Assembly: GCF_037042905.1 (NCBI RefSeq)
Contig: NC_087251.1
Coordinates: 24,554,001 to 24,618,000 of the forward strand
Direction of reading: 5' to 3'
Length of the DNA: 64,000 nt
From: Lytechinus pictus
Taxonomy: Eukaryota
Shown here in pieces: positions 38,001-51,800 of the stretch. The translations under genes and the position numbers were made by a program. The notes under the pieces were generated by a model. The model was not told where the DNA came from, did not search any database, and worked only from the letters and a program-made list of their open reading frames with translations. Position 1 is the stretch's first letter, and each line of letters opens with the position of its first letter.

Positions 38001-41000
38001 GCACCAAGAAAAGGTGAATTCATCTATATCTTCAATGTCCTTACCATCTAATTGAATTGCATTGTTATCCATTTTGGTATAGATGATAATCCAAATATGA
38101 AAAGGAGGCAGGGGCTCAGATAGTTTACGTATAATCCAATATACTCTTTCTTCCTTTAGTTACAACTACCCTTGGTTGCACAATTTACAAATTAATCTTT
38201 CTCTCTTGTTCATCATTGTCCCCAAAATCAACATTTTATCTACCATGAGGTTTGGGATAGAGACTGTATCAACCTCAAATAATAACACAAATTGGTAACT
38301 ACCACACTGTAATTGTGGGTAGCAAATAGAATGATCGATATTCCAGAGGGTTTGGTAGTGGCTGATAAAAATTTCCCAAAGTCCTCTGTCCTAGTTCTAA
38401 AGCTTTATGGAAACCTGATGCTTTAAACCACAAGCTAAAAACAATGGCCTGTATTTCAAACTCCAGGAGGGTGTTTCACAAAGATTTAAGTATGACTAAG
38501 AGTTGCACTCACATGCCTAGTTACGTGCGGTACATAAGGCATGACTGCATTGGACAGATCATGACAAAAGGACGCGCAATACTGTGCATCAAGAAATAAG
38601 ATTGCGCATTGCCTATCATATCAAACCTATATCATATACGCATCAGCATTTAAGTGCGACTCTAAACCCCCAGGTTACCTTGGTTTAAATCTCTGGTTAA
38701 ATGGGTAACCCAAACTCTTAAACTTTGTTCTCCTCACCTTTTTTATTTGTACTTTATATCTAATCAAGTAGAAGATTACACTTTATTTTCAAAGACAGTT
38801 TACATTGTATCTTTAAAACCAAATGATATGACATAAACCAGAGTTTAAATCATTGTTGAAGTTAAACCAGATTTCAGAATACTTGCTGATGTTTTCATGT
38901 GAACCTAACCGTTGTCCTAAATATCACCTGGTTCAAATGAGCTTGCTTCATTTTAGCAATATATTCCTTATGAAGAATGTGTAAACACAAGCCTTAATGC
39001 AGGAATCCCTATTACCTTATCAACAGACAAAATTCCTTGTAAATTGGTTAAAATGAGGTTTATGGAAGCCATATTACTTTATACTGCATACGCTTAACAA
39101 ACCAATGTCATGATGATGGCGTTTCCATCCCTAAAATACATATACAGCTTGAAATAATATGTAATTTTCCCCCATTTTACAGTATAATACACATGTTTAT
39201 GTAATATTGATAGAAACTACAAATGACTTATCCCTCAATGAATTATTTTCAATCAAACTAAAAATATGAATAAACCATTGGCATTTTCTAGCTGCTTTGG
39301 ATAATCAATGGGAGAAATCAGGAATGTTATAGTGAAGGATAATGCTGCTTAGGAAGAGTGAAATTCATCGCTGAAAATATAGACAGGCATAATGTACTAT
39401 CTTCTCTCAGAAAATAGTGAAAGTACTACAACTATGTTAGGATGTCAATCACGTCATCATTGTTTTCATGAAGTGTCCCAGGAGGCCAAAATAAGATTTT
39501 TGACGATATAAAAAAAAAAAACATTTGAACCAGACTGTTAAATGTCTATAATCTCACAAAATCAGCCTTTAATAATCTCACTTTATTCCTTAGATATTGG
39601 ACTATCATGCAAGGGGTTTCCAAAAGGAAAATTATTTTTTCTAATAACCTTTAAAGGAGAATGAAACCTTCGGAACAAGTGGGCTTCTGTCGAAACAGAA
39701 AAATCAAAGAATAAGAACAAAGAAAGTTTGAGAAAAATCGGACAAATAATGAGAAAGTTATGAGCATTTGAATATTGCAATCACTAATGCTATGGAGATC
39801 CTCCCATTGGCAATGCGACAAGGATGTGTGATGTCACATGTGAACAACTTTCCCTTTGATGGACTATAAAATACCCCCAAAATGTATCTTTTTGCTTTTT
39901 CTAATGGTGATACAAACTCTTTATCCATGATGTATTCTTTTAAAATCTGTATTACATGCCCTCCTATAGAAAGAACACATTATCTACGGATAGATGTGAT
40001 AAAAGAGGCAGTTTAAGTGAAATATATACTAAAGTAATGGGGAGAGTTGTTCACAAGTGAAATCACACATATTTGTTGCATTGCCAATGTGAGGATCTCC
40101 ATAGCATTAGTGATCGCAATATTCAAATGCTCATAACTTTCTCATTATTTGTCTGACTTTTCTCAAACTTTCGTTGATCTGTTTCTTTGATTTTTCTGCT
40201 TTCCAACAAGCTATCTTGATCCAAAGGTTTCATTCTCCTTTAATGTCAACTATAAATTGTTTTAACATAGTCAACCCTAACCCCCAAAATTGTACAGGCT
40301 TGTCATGGCATCACTCAAACAAGTATTTTCACCCTTAAAAAATAGCCTAAATCATGTTTATCTCAACTATGTTTCTATCTACTGATATCCTATTTGGACG
40401 GTTCACGGAATTGTGATGACTTGATCTACATTTTGCCCACAACTCCTCAGTGGATGAGCCGACTTCCTGTACCTTCATGACTGAGTGGGTGTGAAATCCA
40501 TATTGCAGTTTATACTCACTTTTTGTAATTATCCTCAGAGTTTCGAGATCTGGTGGGGCATCTTTGTGGTATGGTATTCTCGTTGTCAGATACTGTTTCA
40601 GGAAGGGGGAGAAAATCAATTCAATTAACACCACATGCGATTCTTCAAATTAAATCAAGTTTTGTCTTTAGATGTTCCTCATCATAATCTACTAAAGCTA
40701 AATTTCGCAAGCAAAGATTGGGGAAGATATTTATTTGTTCATGAGATACAAGATCTCCACAGCCTAGAATATTCTGATGGTTCAGAAAAATACAGAACAC
40801 CCAAATCTTTTTCAAGTTTTTATATTTAATCACAGATTTGACACTAGTATTCCCAAAATACATAAAATGATGCACCACGATTTCAAAAAGACAATAATCC
40901 TCATGAAGTTAGTTATAAACAGCTCAATGGGAAGATGCAGACAGGACACAATTGAAAGATTCAAATATAGTATATGGTGTATTCATTAATTTGATCATGA

Positions 41001-42514
41001 GATCAAAAGGAGAAACTATATGCAAGGGAGAAAATGAATGTAGGCCACGTAGTGAGTTTTTGAGTGTAGCATAAAAACATTTTACTTTTGTTTTCAACAT
41101 AAGTTTTCCATGCATTCTTTTGTTGTTTGATGAGGAATTGTAAACTCAAACTTTTTTTCCTCAAGAATGTCCTCAGCTAAGTCACTCTTAGCTAATTTTT
41201 TTATCTTGATTCTGGCCCTTGAGCAGGCTTGTATCACAGACAGATTGCCAAGATTTGGGAATTGCTTCGTTATCACCTATAACATGAAAGTACCCATGTC
41301 CCATATGCATGCCTGCAGAAATTGAATATTGTATGGGGAGAATATTCATGTTTTGATGGCTTGACATTTAAGTGCAACCTTACGATTAGGGTCATAAGGA
41401 TAAAATGTCTCCCCTAAGGATGTCAGCAACCAAACCCAGACCTACTCTCAGTGTGGCTAATGCTTGATATGAACTCGTGAAAAAATGAATAAATAAATTA
41501 AGGAAGATATTTTGCCAGAAGATATTCCTTCACTTCCATCGTACTATTTGATGTTGACTACCTACTGGGAGAACGAGATCTGAGATGACTTTTAAAGTGC
41601 TGTATTTGGTTCTTTGTAATGTAAACCTATATTGAATAAGGAAATATGCCAATTAATAGATTATCTTTAAAAAATAGGGTCATAAAACTTACATATTCAT
41701 TCAGTTTTGTCTCACTTGTTAATACTGATCATCCCTAAGGAGAAATGGATCTCAGATTTGTTTTCAGTTGTTCAATTTATTGAAGAAATCTTGTGACCTG
41801 GGGCTCGTAACACAAAACTTAGCAATGATCGTGGAACATATTTCTATGACTGATTAAATGGCCAACACTGTACAATCAATCGTGAAAATTAAGCGTATGA
41901 TCAATTGCTAACTTTTGTGTTACTGAACTCTGATGGAGTTCATTGAGTAAGGTTGTAAAAAATGTTTAAAAAAAGATTTGTGAACTTCTAAGAAGTTAAA
42001 AGAGCACTCACAAGTTTCTTTTAAGTATAAAAATGGATCACTGCATTACTCTGATCCAGACGTGACTTTCTACAAATCTTTCAATATTTGAGACAAAAAT
42101 AAAATCAACTGTTCTGAATACATATTCTCCATGTTAATGCAAACTTCTTAGGCCTGTGCATCATTGTGCAGCTGGAAAAGCATCTTGTTTGAATTCTGGT
42201 ATCTCTTGGGGCTGTACCACTTACCATGCCTGGTTCGATGCCATTCTTGAGTTTCAGTTTATTGCTGAGTAGGGAAAGGGGTTGCTGCTTTGCTTTCTGC
42301 TTCGGTGTTCCATTGTTTCCTGTTCCACTTCGACCCTTGATCTTATTCTGAACGCTGAGTAGAGCCGAGATGAAAGAGTTCTTGGTCTCCTTCTCATAGT
42401 CTAGGTCCTCTCTCAGGGCCAGTTGCTGGACCAGAACCTCGGAGTATTCTTTGACGGTTTGGTCCAACTCTTCTAGGACTTCGTTGAGTTGTACCAGTGA
42501 CATGTTCTTCAGTT
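35096..42514 (-). CDS. FEZ2: Fasciculation and elongation protein zeta (FEZ1/FEZ2/UNC-76 family), last four coding exons; 5' exons not identified in the window
   Basis: Exons 42514-42225, 40592-40520, 35870-35805 and 35157-35096, GT-AG and in phase: LKNMSLVQLNEVLEELDQTVKEYSEVLVQQLALREDLDYEKETKNSFISALLSVQNK...|YLTTRIPYHKDAPPDLETLRIITK|ILKAIDEDSKEVPDLLTNYILK|VLFPAGADPSQASSLYVAQR*. Matches the FEZ coiled coil and C-terminus; FEZ1 versus FEZ2 cannot be resolved. Confidence 0.93.
35567..35712. mobile_element. Short Harbinger-like MITE in a FEZ intron
   Basis: GGTCCCGTAACACCAAGGTTAGCGATT / TTGCTAATCTTTGTGTTA with CAG on both flanks; relatives at about 41800-41930 and 14355. Confidence 0.65.
37010..37035. 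repeat. (TA)n microsatellite
   Basis: Directly visible. Confidence 0.9.
37404..38075 (-). mobile_element. RTE-clade LINE 3' fragment, degenerate
   Basis: Minus-strand peptides FLGAII..DMKSRMNKAR..LNKVWRS..TKVNLFKTLVRPV.LYG.ETW, WNWIGHVLR and KTTWRRTV; (TAG)n tail at 37404-37426. Confidence 0.85.
39655..40239. mobile_element. Kolobok-like MITE, family B
   Basis: TTAA|AGGAGAATGAAACCTT ... AAGGTTTCATTCTCCT|TTAA with long TIRs. Confidence 0.88.
41800..41930. mobile_element. Short Harbinger-like MITE, same family as 35567-35712
   Basis: GGGGCTCGTAACACAAAACTTAGCAATGATC / GATCAATTGCTAACTTTTGTGTTAC. Confidence 0.6.
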
Positions 42515-44083
42515 CTGTTCAAGATAAAAGATAAAACAGATTAAACATTTGAATTAAGCCAAGAACATATTTTTAACAGAGCCTCCAAAATATTAAATTA
42601 TGGCTTCTGTTCATCAAATTTTGAATCAATCTAATGATATGGTGTTTAATTTTGTAAAAATAATTCAATATTTGTTAAAATAAGGAGTCATAGATAATCT
42701 GCTCCATTAATACTAAATCACATGAAGAAGAGACTGTTATTATAATAATCATTACCAAAAATAGCCAAGGTTCATGTGCATTCCACAATATGGTTCATGT
42801 ATAGGGCTGGGAATAAAAAATTGGTCAATTAAGTATATTTCACATTTAAACCTGAATAATTAGTGGAAAACAAAGATGTAGTTGTGGCTCTTATCCCAGT
42901 ATGGTAGTTTGTGTTGATCACCAGTGAATACGTAACTATCATCATTAATCATAATCATGTTACTCTCAATACGGTTTAATATCTAGTTAATTACTATAAT
43001 CTCTTTATATAGAGAGATAAGATACATTTGGCTGTCCACCTCTTGTCTTTTACCTGTCTCTGTCTTTGTGTCTTTTTTTTCTGTCTGTCTGTCTATCCCC
43101 TTCTCTCTCCCTCCCTATGTCTATCTTTTAGTATCTGTCCACATCTTCTATCACTCGCTCCCCCTCTCTCTGATTATCTGTTGTCTGCTCATCTCTACCT
43201 ATCTCTTTTTCTGTCTATCTATCTATCTCTCTCTCTCTCCCCTCCAGTCTTGGTGAGTTACCTGTGAAGACAGTGCAGTCATCCTACAGTCATTGCACTT
43301 AGTGTAATGAAACCATAATCAATGGAGCACCCATCATCACATCCATCTTCATCTCAAACAAATGCCATCTTCTCACCTAACCCACTAAATACATGCATAT
43401 GTCATACCAGCTTCCATCAATCAATACATAGGTAGCACAGTACCGTCTCTTCTTTCTTTCTTTCATCTCGTTCTTACAGGAATCTTACTTCTATTGTTTA
43501 TTTCTTGTTCTTTTTTATTATTTTTATTTTGGTTTGCGCTGTCTTCCTTTTGATCTGTTTTCTTTTAATCTATAGTAGATGACTTCCACTTTCATCTTCC
43601 TTTATACTGGAACTCTTGATTTACTTTCCTCTGGTCTCTCTTTTCCAATACTTTGTTATGTTATCTTTAATCTCTCTCTCTCTCTCTCCCTCACACCCAC
43701 ACAAACTCACATATCTTTTGCACCTTACATCTTTCATTTGATGTAGAGCTGTCTCGACAGACGGCATTACTCATTGATACTGAAAATATATATGCTTACA
43801 ATTATAAATAATAAATGGCTTCTTAAAAACGTAGTGTAAAATGTACAAGAAACAACGGCAAGGGTAAGTACCTTTAACAAGTGGAACGCCTCAGGCAGTC
43901 TCGCCTGCATTACGCTATTTCATATAGCAGCAGTGCTAACTTTGAAAACTACTATAAAATCATCATTCACAAAAACACCATTCATATACTGACATAATAC
44001 CATGTTCATTGACCATAGATGGCATTTGAACGGTGAATTAAGACTTGTCAACTACACCAATGTCCACATTTCATTCACTATAT

Positions 44084-44985
44084 CCATAAACTTTCAAAGT
44101 TATGATGGCAATTCAACAATTACCCCAACATGGCTTAAGTTTATTGACCTTAACTGACCTTTGACCTTGGTTTTGTGACCTGAAACTCACAGGGGATGTT
44201 CAATGATACTTGATTATTCTTATATCCCAAGTTTTATGAAATAGATCCATAAACTTTCAGAGTTAGGATGGTAATTCAACAAATACCCCCAACACGGCCA
44301 AAGTTCATTGACCTTAAATGACCTTTGACCATGGTCATGTGACCTGAAACTCGTACAGGATGTTCAGTGATACTTGATTACTCTTATGTCCAAGTTTTGT
44401 GAACTAGATCCATAAACTTTCAGAGTTAGGAAGGTAATTTAACAAATACCCCCAACACAGCCAAAGTTCATTGACCTTAAATGACCATTGACCATGGTCA
44501 TGTGACCTGAAACTCTAACAGGATATTCAGTGGTACTTGATTAACCTAATGTCCAAGTTTCATGAACTAGATCCATAAATTTTCAAAGTTATGAAGGTAA
44601 TTCAACAAATAACCCCAACTTGGCCAAAGTTCATTGACCCTAAATGACCTTTGACCTTGGTCAAGTGACCTGAAACTCAAGCAGGATGTTCACTAATACT
44701 TGATTAACCTTATGCCCAAGTTTCATGAACTAGGTCCACATACTTTCTAAGTTATGTCATTTCAAAAACTTAACCTTTGGTTAAGATTTTGAAAATAATT
44801 CTCCCAACATGGTCTAAGTTCATTGACCCTAAATGACCTTTGACCTTGGTCATGTGACCTGAAACTCAGGCAGGATGTTCAGTAATACTTGATTAACCTT
44901 ATGTCCAAGTTTCATGAACTAGGTCCATATACTTTCTTAGTTATGATGTCATTTCAAAAACTTAACCTTAGGTTAAGATTTGATG
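44084..44985. repeat. 163-bp tandem array inside the HINE-like element
   Basis: The unit start CCATAAA(C) recurs at 44084, 44247, 44410, 44573 and 44736 (period 163), then a longer unit of about 189 bp; core TGACCTTTGACC.TGGTCATGTGACCTGAAACTC. Confidence 0.9.
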
Positions 44986-45023
44986 TTGACGCCGCCGCCG
45001 CCGTCGGAAAAGCGGCGCCTATA

Positions 45024-46396
45024 CAGTGCGTATCAAAAAAAACGGGACAGATTTGAAAAGTCTATAAAATTTTAGTTTCAAATTATTATGTCTATATTTT
45101 GGTGTTAATCGGTGCTCTAAGGTCTTGTCTTTCAAATGCTATTAAAAAAATTTAGTTTTGTTCATGCTTGAGCGAACACGGGACGTTTTTGTTGGGGGTT
45201 CAAAAAGAGGCTTGCGCCAGAATTGCAGAATATGAGTAATATGATGATCGGACTTCTTGCTAATTAGCAGACTTCCTCTCTACCTTTTCATTATCTTTGC
45301 CATAATTTTCAAATCATGCGGTCAAAATTCATTTTCAGATCTATTTATTTGATTGAATTATTCTGTTATTTCTTTTTAATATGCTCTCTGTTAGCTTTGA
45401 ATATTCCTTCTTCAAGCTAAAATTATTTTTTTCAACCGAATTATGGGAGAGCATGGATTTTTTATTCAAATCCTTTCATTATGTGCTACAAAGGTTATGG
45501 TGCCTTTTGAACAAAGCCACACAGATGGGCGGGCGCTCGGGGGTTGCTCCCCCCTCAATTAAAAAAAATCATGACCAAGAAAAAAAGTGGACAGGAAATA
45601 AAAGAAAAGATAGAAAGTAAAACATGATATTATTTGCTGAATATTATGTCAAAATCTATCACAAAATTTGATATTGTAATTAAAAAAAGTGGGAATATTT
45701 GCGTGCTCACTTCGCTCGCTCACAACTTTTTAATACATTTTACCCGATCTGCCATATCTAGCTCCTTCAAAATTGACTCAATACACCATTGTCATTGAAA
45801 GACATGAATCCCTTCCTGTGTTTCCTGTCAAGCAATTAAACTTGGTCAACGAATTAATGACCCATTGAAAAATAGATTCATGTCTTTTAAAGGTACATAA
45901 CATAATTTGTTTCACATAATAAAACGATTTGAATAATCACAAGTTTTCCCAATTAATAATTCAAATCTTCTTGCTTGGGTTAACCAAAAAAATCTTCTTT
46001 TCTCAGTTACTTATGAAGGAAAATTAAAAGGTAAGAGAAGTTTTAATGAAAAAACAAAATAATTCAATTAAATAAATAACTTTGTAAACGAAATTTGACA
46101 ACATAATTCGAAAATTGTGGCACAGATAATGAAAAGGTCAAGAGGAAGTCTCCTGATTAGCAAGAAGTCTGATCATTGTATTACACATATTCTGCAATTC
46201 TGGCGCAAGCCTCTTTTTGAACCCCCAACAAAAACGTCCCGTGTTCGGTCAAGCATGAATAAAATTTATTAATTTAAATTGCATTTCAAAGATAAGACCT
46301 TAGAGCATCTATTAACACCAAAATATAGACATCATTATTTGAAACTAAAATTTTATAGACTTTTCAAATCTGTCCCGTTTTTTTTTATACGCACTG
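45024..46396. mobile_element. Tc1/mariner-type non-autonomous element nested in the HINE
   Basis: TA|CAGTGCGTAT..AAAAAAACGGGACAGATTTGAAAAGTC ... GACTTTTCAAATCTGTCCCGTTTTTTTTTATACGCACTG|TA; TIRs of roughly 300 bp; no transposase ORF. Confidence 0.9.
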
Positions 46397-48373
46397 TAGT
46401 CTCGCTCTGCTATGCAGGCGAGACAAAAATGTATTAATGATAGATTTGAGCAAGATTTGTGGTTATCATATATTCTTTCAACAGAGTAGGTTAATCCTGA
46501 AAAGGGCTTTCACCAACAGATTGGCGTCATTAGCTTGTGAAAGCCCATAAACAAGTATAACCACCAGTCAGCCTTTCAAAAGTTAACAAGCCCAATAACA
46601 AAATTACATTTTTGCTTGGGCACATTACATATCCTACTATCCTTTGCAAGGATGATATATAGTGATAAATCTTCCAAATGTTCAACGATCAATGATGAAC
46701 TAGTAACGGTGGTGCATATGCGGCAACATACATGTTCATTAATAATCAAAATAGGTCAGAATAAATGAAGAATTTATACACCTGCTGATGTTTCCCCTAC
46801 TCTTATTCAGGTTCACACCCTTACTTTAACCCTAATAATTATGTGCTGACACCTACTATGGGGTAAACCTGTACACATTTAGAATCATTTCATCTTCATT
46901 CTGATGACATGTTTTGAATGAGAACATATAAATGATGGAATGTTTTACACATCAAAGCAAATTGGAGTCATGAGTAGAATGAGGGCAATCTGAATTGTAT
47001 AATTCAAATTAGTTGACAACAGGATGCTCTAAAGTTTCTCTATTCTCAAATAAACATTCAGACACGTTGTGTGAACTCTTTGTCATTCTGTTAAAAATAT
47101 TTCGATGTGAATACAACAACTTTCTGTCCGTGCAAGTTCTGGGAAGGTAAACTGAAACGGTATCCAAGACAAAAGCCATGCTTTATCTCATAGCAATGTA
47201 ATAAAAATTCATTATTACAATGATTACTATTCTTGTTTTGGGGCCGGTTTTAAATCAATGGTAACTTTGGATTATGAACTACAATGGAAACCATGATTGT
47301 GATTGGCTGCTGAGCCCTGTTACCATGGAAGTTGCCAGAATGGTAAAGTTACCACCAGTGTTGCAACTCTTTATGAAATGGACCCCAGTTCTTATGTGTG
47401 AACCTTGTAATTCAATATGAAGATTTAAACTTGGTATTTAGAATAATTTTGCCATGTGAAAGCACTTGGACATAATGTCGGTGCCATTCTTTCTTGCTCT
47501 CAAAATACACTCCATTCATTCTCTCCCCCTACCCTCTTTCTCAGCATATAATTTGTATATTCAGGAAATGAAAACAAACTGATACATCAGCTAAATAAAC
47601 TTCGGATTCATGATGATCCATACCTCCAGCCCAGGGCCGGAATGCAGCTAATGGAACATGTTCTGTAATGCACCCTTTTCAACACTTTAATATCCTAGCC
47701 AATGGGATGAGAGAGAGATCTGTTACACTGTGCATTCACCATTCACTCTCTCTCTTTGATTATTATTTGGTGAAAGCTAGCTTTCTCAATGCTATACTTC
47801 AATGACGTCTCTTAATGTGCGTCAGCTAACACAGAGAAGTCTAAAGACTTGGTATTACCACAAGTACTCTGACCCAAGAGTACAGACAAAGATTAATTTA
47901 ATCCTAATTACTGAATGATTAATAACTTGTTCGTGATGGCAAGGTAATGAAAGACTTAATTTTTCAAAAGCAGAAGTAAAAGTACATTAAAAACGAGAAC
48001 GTAAATCGAGGTGTGAGCCTGATAAAAAAAAGGAATGAAAATTTAATCCAGAAACGTTACATATTAAATCAAAGCAGCTCATTGGTGAGATCAATCAATT
48101 TAGATATTAAAAGTGAATCAAACCCAAATGAAAAGTTGTTTTTAAAGGGAAAGGAAATACCAGAGATGCAGATTGGAAAAAAAAAGACAAACAATATGAC
48201 AGTTATAACCCATGTCAGTATCAAATTGGTTGATAGTTGATGTTATTATATAGAGTGGAGGCAAATCTCAGAATTGAAATCAAGATTATATGCTATCAGT
48301 GTCATATTTTTATCACTGCAGAGTTGATAAAAAAACTGCAATTACCTGGTAATTAAGTTAACATAAGGTCAGA

Positions 48374-48822
48374 AACACCATTCTCACTATACTTTCTAAA
48401 ACTAGTTTACTGGAAATCGATTCAGGAAACCAGCTTGGATGATCGCTTTGCTAGCGTTCTCATTCGATCAGTCGAAAGTGGTTTTAAAAACCATTTTACG
48501 TAAAGTGTCCTTGTTGCTATGGGAAAATTCTCAGTGGGGTGACATGTTTTGCGCAAAATTTGAAAACTGCAGCGTAGACACTCGACACACAGTTTGTGGA
48601 GTAGCGCGCTCAAAATGTGTGAAGATCACTTCCTGAAGAACGGTTGTGTCCTCACTTATGCTAAAACCAGTTTAACTAGGCAATGCGATGTTGAAACTAC
48701 ATTGCGTGGTGGTTTTCTGAATTGGTTTGGAAGATCCCTTCCAAGAACTCTTCAACCGTTCTCATTACACGTTAAACTACTTTCCAATAAACTAATTTTA
48801 GGGTGGTAATGAGAACGGGGTC
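48374..48822. mobile_element. Harbinger-like MITE, same family as 58891-59318
   Basis: ACACCATTCTCACTA ... TAATGAGAACGGGGTC; colinear with the second copy (shared GAAGAACGGTTGTGTCCTCACTTATGCTAAAACCAGTTTAAC). Confidence 0.8.
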
Positions 48823-51800
48823 AAAGTTGTCCTTACAACTTGTCAGAATCTACTTGGAGTCCTTCAATATAGCCTTTAATGGTGATCACACCTTTTTAAC
48901 AGCTTTATTATTCCTTGTTTGATTTTTTTTCCTTTCAAACAAAGAAAAAAACAAGGTTAGATTCACCTTTTCATTTTTTTTTCATAACCCGAACTTTGTA
49001 GAAGTTTGTATTTCATTTTCTTTAATTACTTCTTTAAAGGACTCACCATTTGGTATATCATTTTCATACATCTGTCTGAATATCCGAATGTTTCTATGCC
49101 ATCCATTCTTCTATACATGTCATGTGTTACATACACAAATGTATTATTTCAAGTTGAATAACAAGTTTATCCCAGAGATGTCATACCCAAAGTGCTTTGA
49201 CTAGCATCGAACTGACAAGTGTGTCAATAAATTCCAATTACACAGCCACCAGTTGGCGGACATAACAAGTGAAGGTCTTTACATTCTCTCCACCGCTATG
49301 ACATTTGGGCCTAGACCTTCAATGTTGAGTTTAATTGAAAAAAAGGATTGACTACCCCAAACCCTGATTTTGACCCTGAACCCTCAAATTAAAAGGAAAC
49401 ACCATCGATTGCGGTTAGAAGCTGGATGGGAAAGACATGGAATAGATCTCATGTTCTACAGTAGTGGGCATATTCACATCTGCCTCATCATGAAAATACC
49501 TGTAAATCACCAGAACTTGTTCTGGCTTCAACTGTTAATTTTGAATATTTACACATGCCTGAACCAGATAAAGTTCCATCATCATGAGCTAGGAACAAGA
49601 CTATCACATTCCAGGTTGCATATTCTTTTTGCCTCAAATCAAGAGTTCTTCTTAATTGCATTCACATTGCAAATATCTCTGCGAACTTGGAGAACTTTGT
49701 GGGTATTTTCTTTCAAGGATAGGACAAGTACTCTGCTTTCAAAATGCCTGGCAAAACACCAGGTGACTATTAATTGAAGTAGTAATCCCAATTAGAAAAT
49801 GTAAGGTATTTTATGATAGGGCTGGTGTGAAAGCATCATGAATGTTTTAATTTCGATCGAGACACTCATGAGTACCTGTATGGGATGGGTTGGATGAATA
49901 ATTGCTTCCTTGACTGGAAATGAAACATAGAGTTCATTTTTCTGTATAACAAGTGGAGGGGGAGGGGGGGAAGGGGTCCTCAACTGTATTTGCTGCACAG
50001 GTTGCATTAAAATCTAGACCAATAATGGAAAGAAACAAAAAATAAATGAAGATTAATGAAACTCAAGAAACACAATTTTTTTTCTGTTATTTAACTTTTA
50101 AATCCAGAAAAAATAAATGCCCTCTTTCACAAGGTTGTTTTCAGACAGTTTTTTTTTTCATTCCAAATGCATCGAGCCAAATAACCCATTTCATTGCTTT
50201 ACTTGAGAGAACGAGACAGAGATGGGAGTGGGGGGAGAACAGAATGTGGATCAAATCAATAACTGCATATCAAGTAAAGATGATCATCATGGTTGGATAT
50301 AATCAATACAATAATTGAAGGTTGAGGTTTATCATTTTCTTAATCACCATAAAGCAGATTCTCTGAACCTCATCACTTGCTGAAACTAGTAACAATTAAT
50401 CCATAGTCATGACTGAGAAAGGATATCATTCTTCTGAAGAAGATACAGACACATTCTGCTTCACCAACCACGATACCTGTTTTAAGGCCTCTGCGTTAAA
50501 TTCCTGAATTCTTCAGCACAAACCTAATTGAATGATATAACCTCACTCAGAGAAGCAACTTGATCAGTTTCTACAAGGCCAGTTCACGAACCAAGATTTT
50601 CAGAGCATCAAAATAGTATCCGGTTTGTCTAAAATTCTTGTAAATATTTTTCCTCAAAGCCTTTAGTAACACAACATGATATACCCACTGCACTAGACAA
50701 GCATCAATACAGTGCCTTGATATTTTTAGAACCATCTTTTAAAGAAACTTTTTTCGAATGAAAATGAACTTTCCTTATATAGTTGACAATGATCACTGCG
50801 GAATAATAGCAGGGGTATTATGGAGACAGGTGGATATATGTTTTTAAAGAAGTATGCAGGTACGAGAGGGAAGGTGAGTCATTTAAAATGCACATTTATA
50901 TTCATACATACAGCAAGGGAGATTTACTGGAGACATTCTGTAAAGGTCTGGAGTAACTCTGGAGGATTACTCAAAGAAAGAAGACACACTGTCAGGATTT
51001 ACCAAACTGGCCAAGGGGAAGGGGTATAAAAGAGGGTTGGTTAGTAAATGAAGGGGAAGAAGTGGGAGAGAAACGGAGCAGTTGAAAATATGAGGTAAGG
51101 CGAGAGATGAGAAAAGAGAGAGAAAAAAAGAAGAGATATGAGAAACTTAAAATAAGTGAAAGAAGATATGGATGGAAATCGTTAACTACATTATTCATAG
51201 TTTTGAACATTTACTTTATAAAATCTCTAATGAACTAACCATGAGAAGTTGACCAATGTTGTAATACACTAATCTCAAGCTAAGACACAGGGAAGAGATC
51301 TCCCATAGAGGATGACATGGAGCATCTCATTATCATACATCTTTATAGTGATTCACACATTCCTGAGGCCTCACACAGGTGTATTCCATCTCATCTCATA
51401 TCGGTGTTTTTTTCTCAGATCCAGTCATGACCAGCATCATCATGTACATCTACCCAATTTTCAAAGGCCAGTAATAGTGCTGTTAAGGATCTATATGTCT
51501 GTCTACTTTCAATATATTGTTATGTACATCAGATTGCAACTAGACTATGAACATCACAGAATGCACATTATTTTATTTGACTGTCCATGTGAAAAGGGGC
51601 ATACTATAATGGGGTGTCTAACTAAACTCTTTTTTTAACCTGAACACTGGCCATACGATTTCATAAGAATATCAAAATTACAGGTAATAATATTCCAAAG
51701 GAGAATTGAAATTAAGAATCAACATAATTAATGTGCATGCCCACTGGTAGTAGGATAGGATAGCCCAAGTCAATTGGTGTCAAAAGAGAAAATAAATAGG

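Larger units (their letters stand above)
43876..46429 (-). mobile_element. Helentron-associated (HINE/DINE-1-like) non-autonomous element with internal tandem array
   Basis: Subterminal inverted repeats GTCTCGCCTGCAT (about 43898) and ATGCAGGCGAGAC (46412-46424); terminal hairpin GTCTCGC..GCGAGAC; (GCC)n microsatellite near 44990; ends in A/T runs with no TSD; central tandem repeats. Confidence 0.75.

Noticed and set aside
43261..43380. Possible upstream FEZ exon ending CAG|GTAACT
   Set aside because: The phase needed to join the next FEZ exon has an in-frame TAG just upstream.
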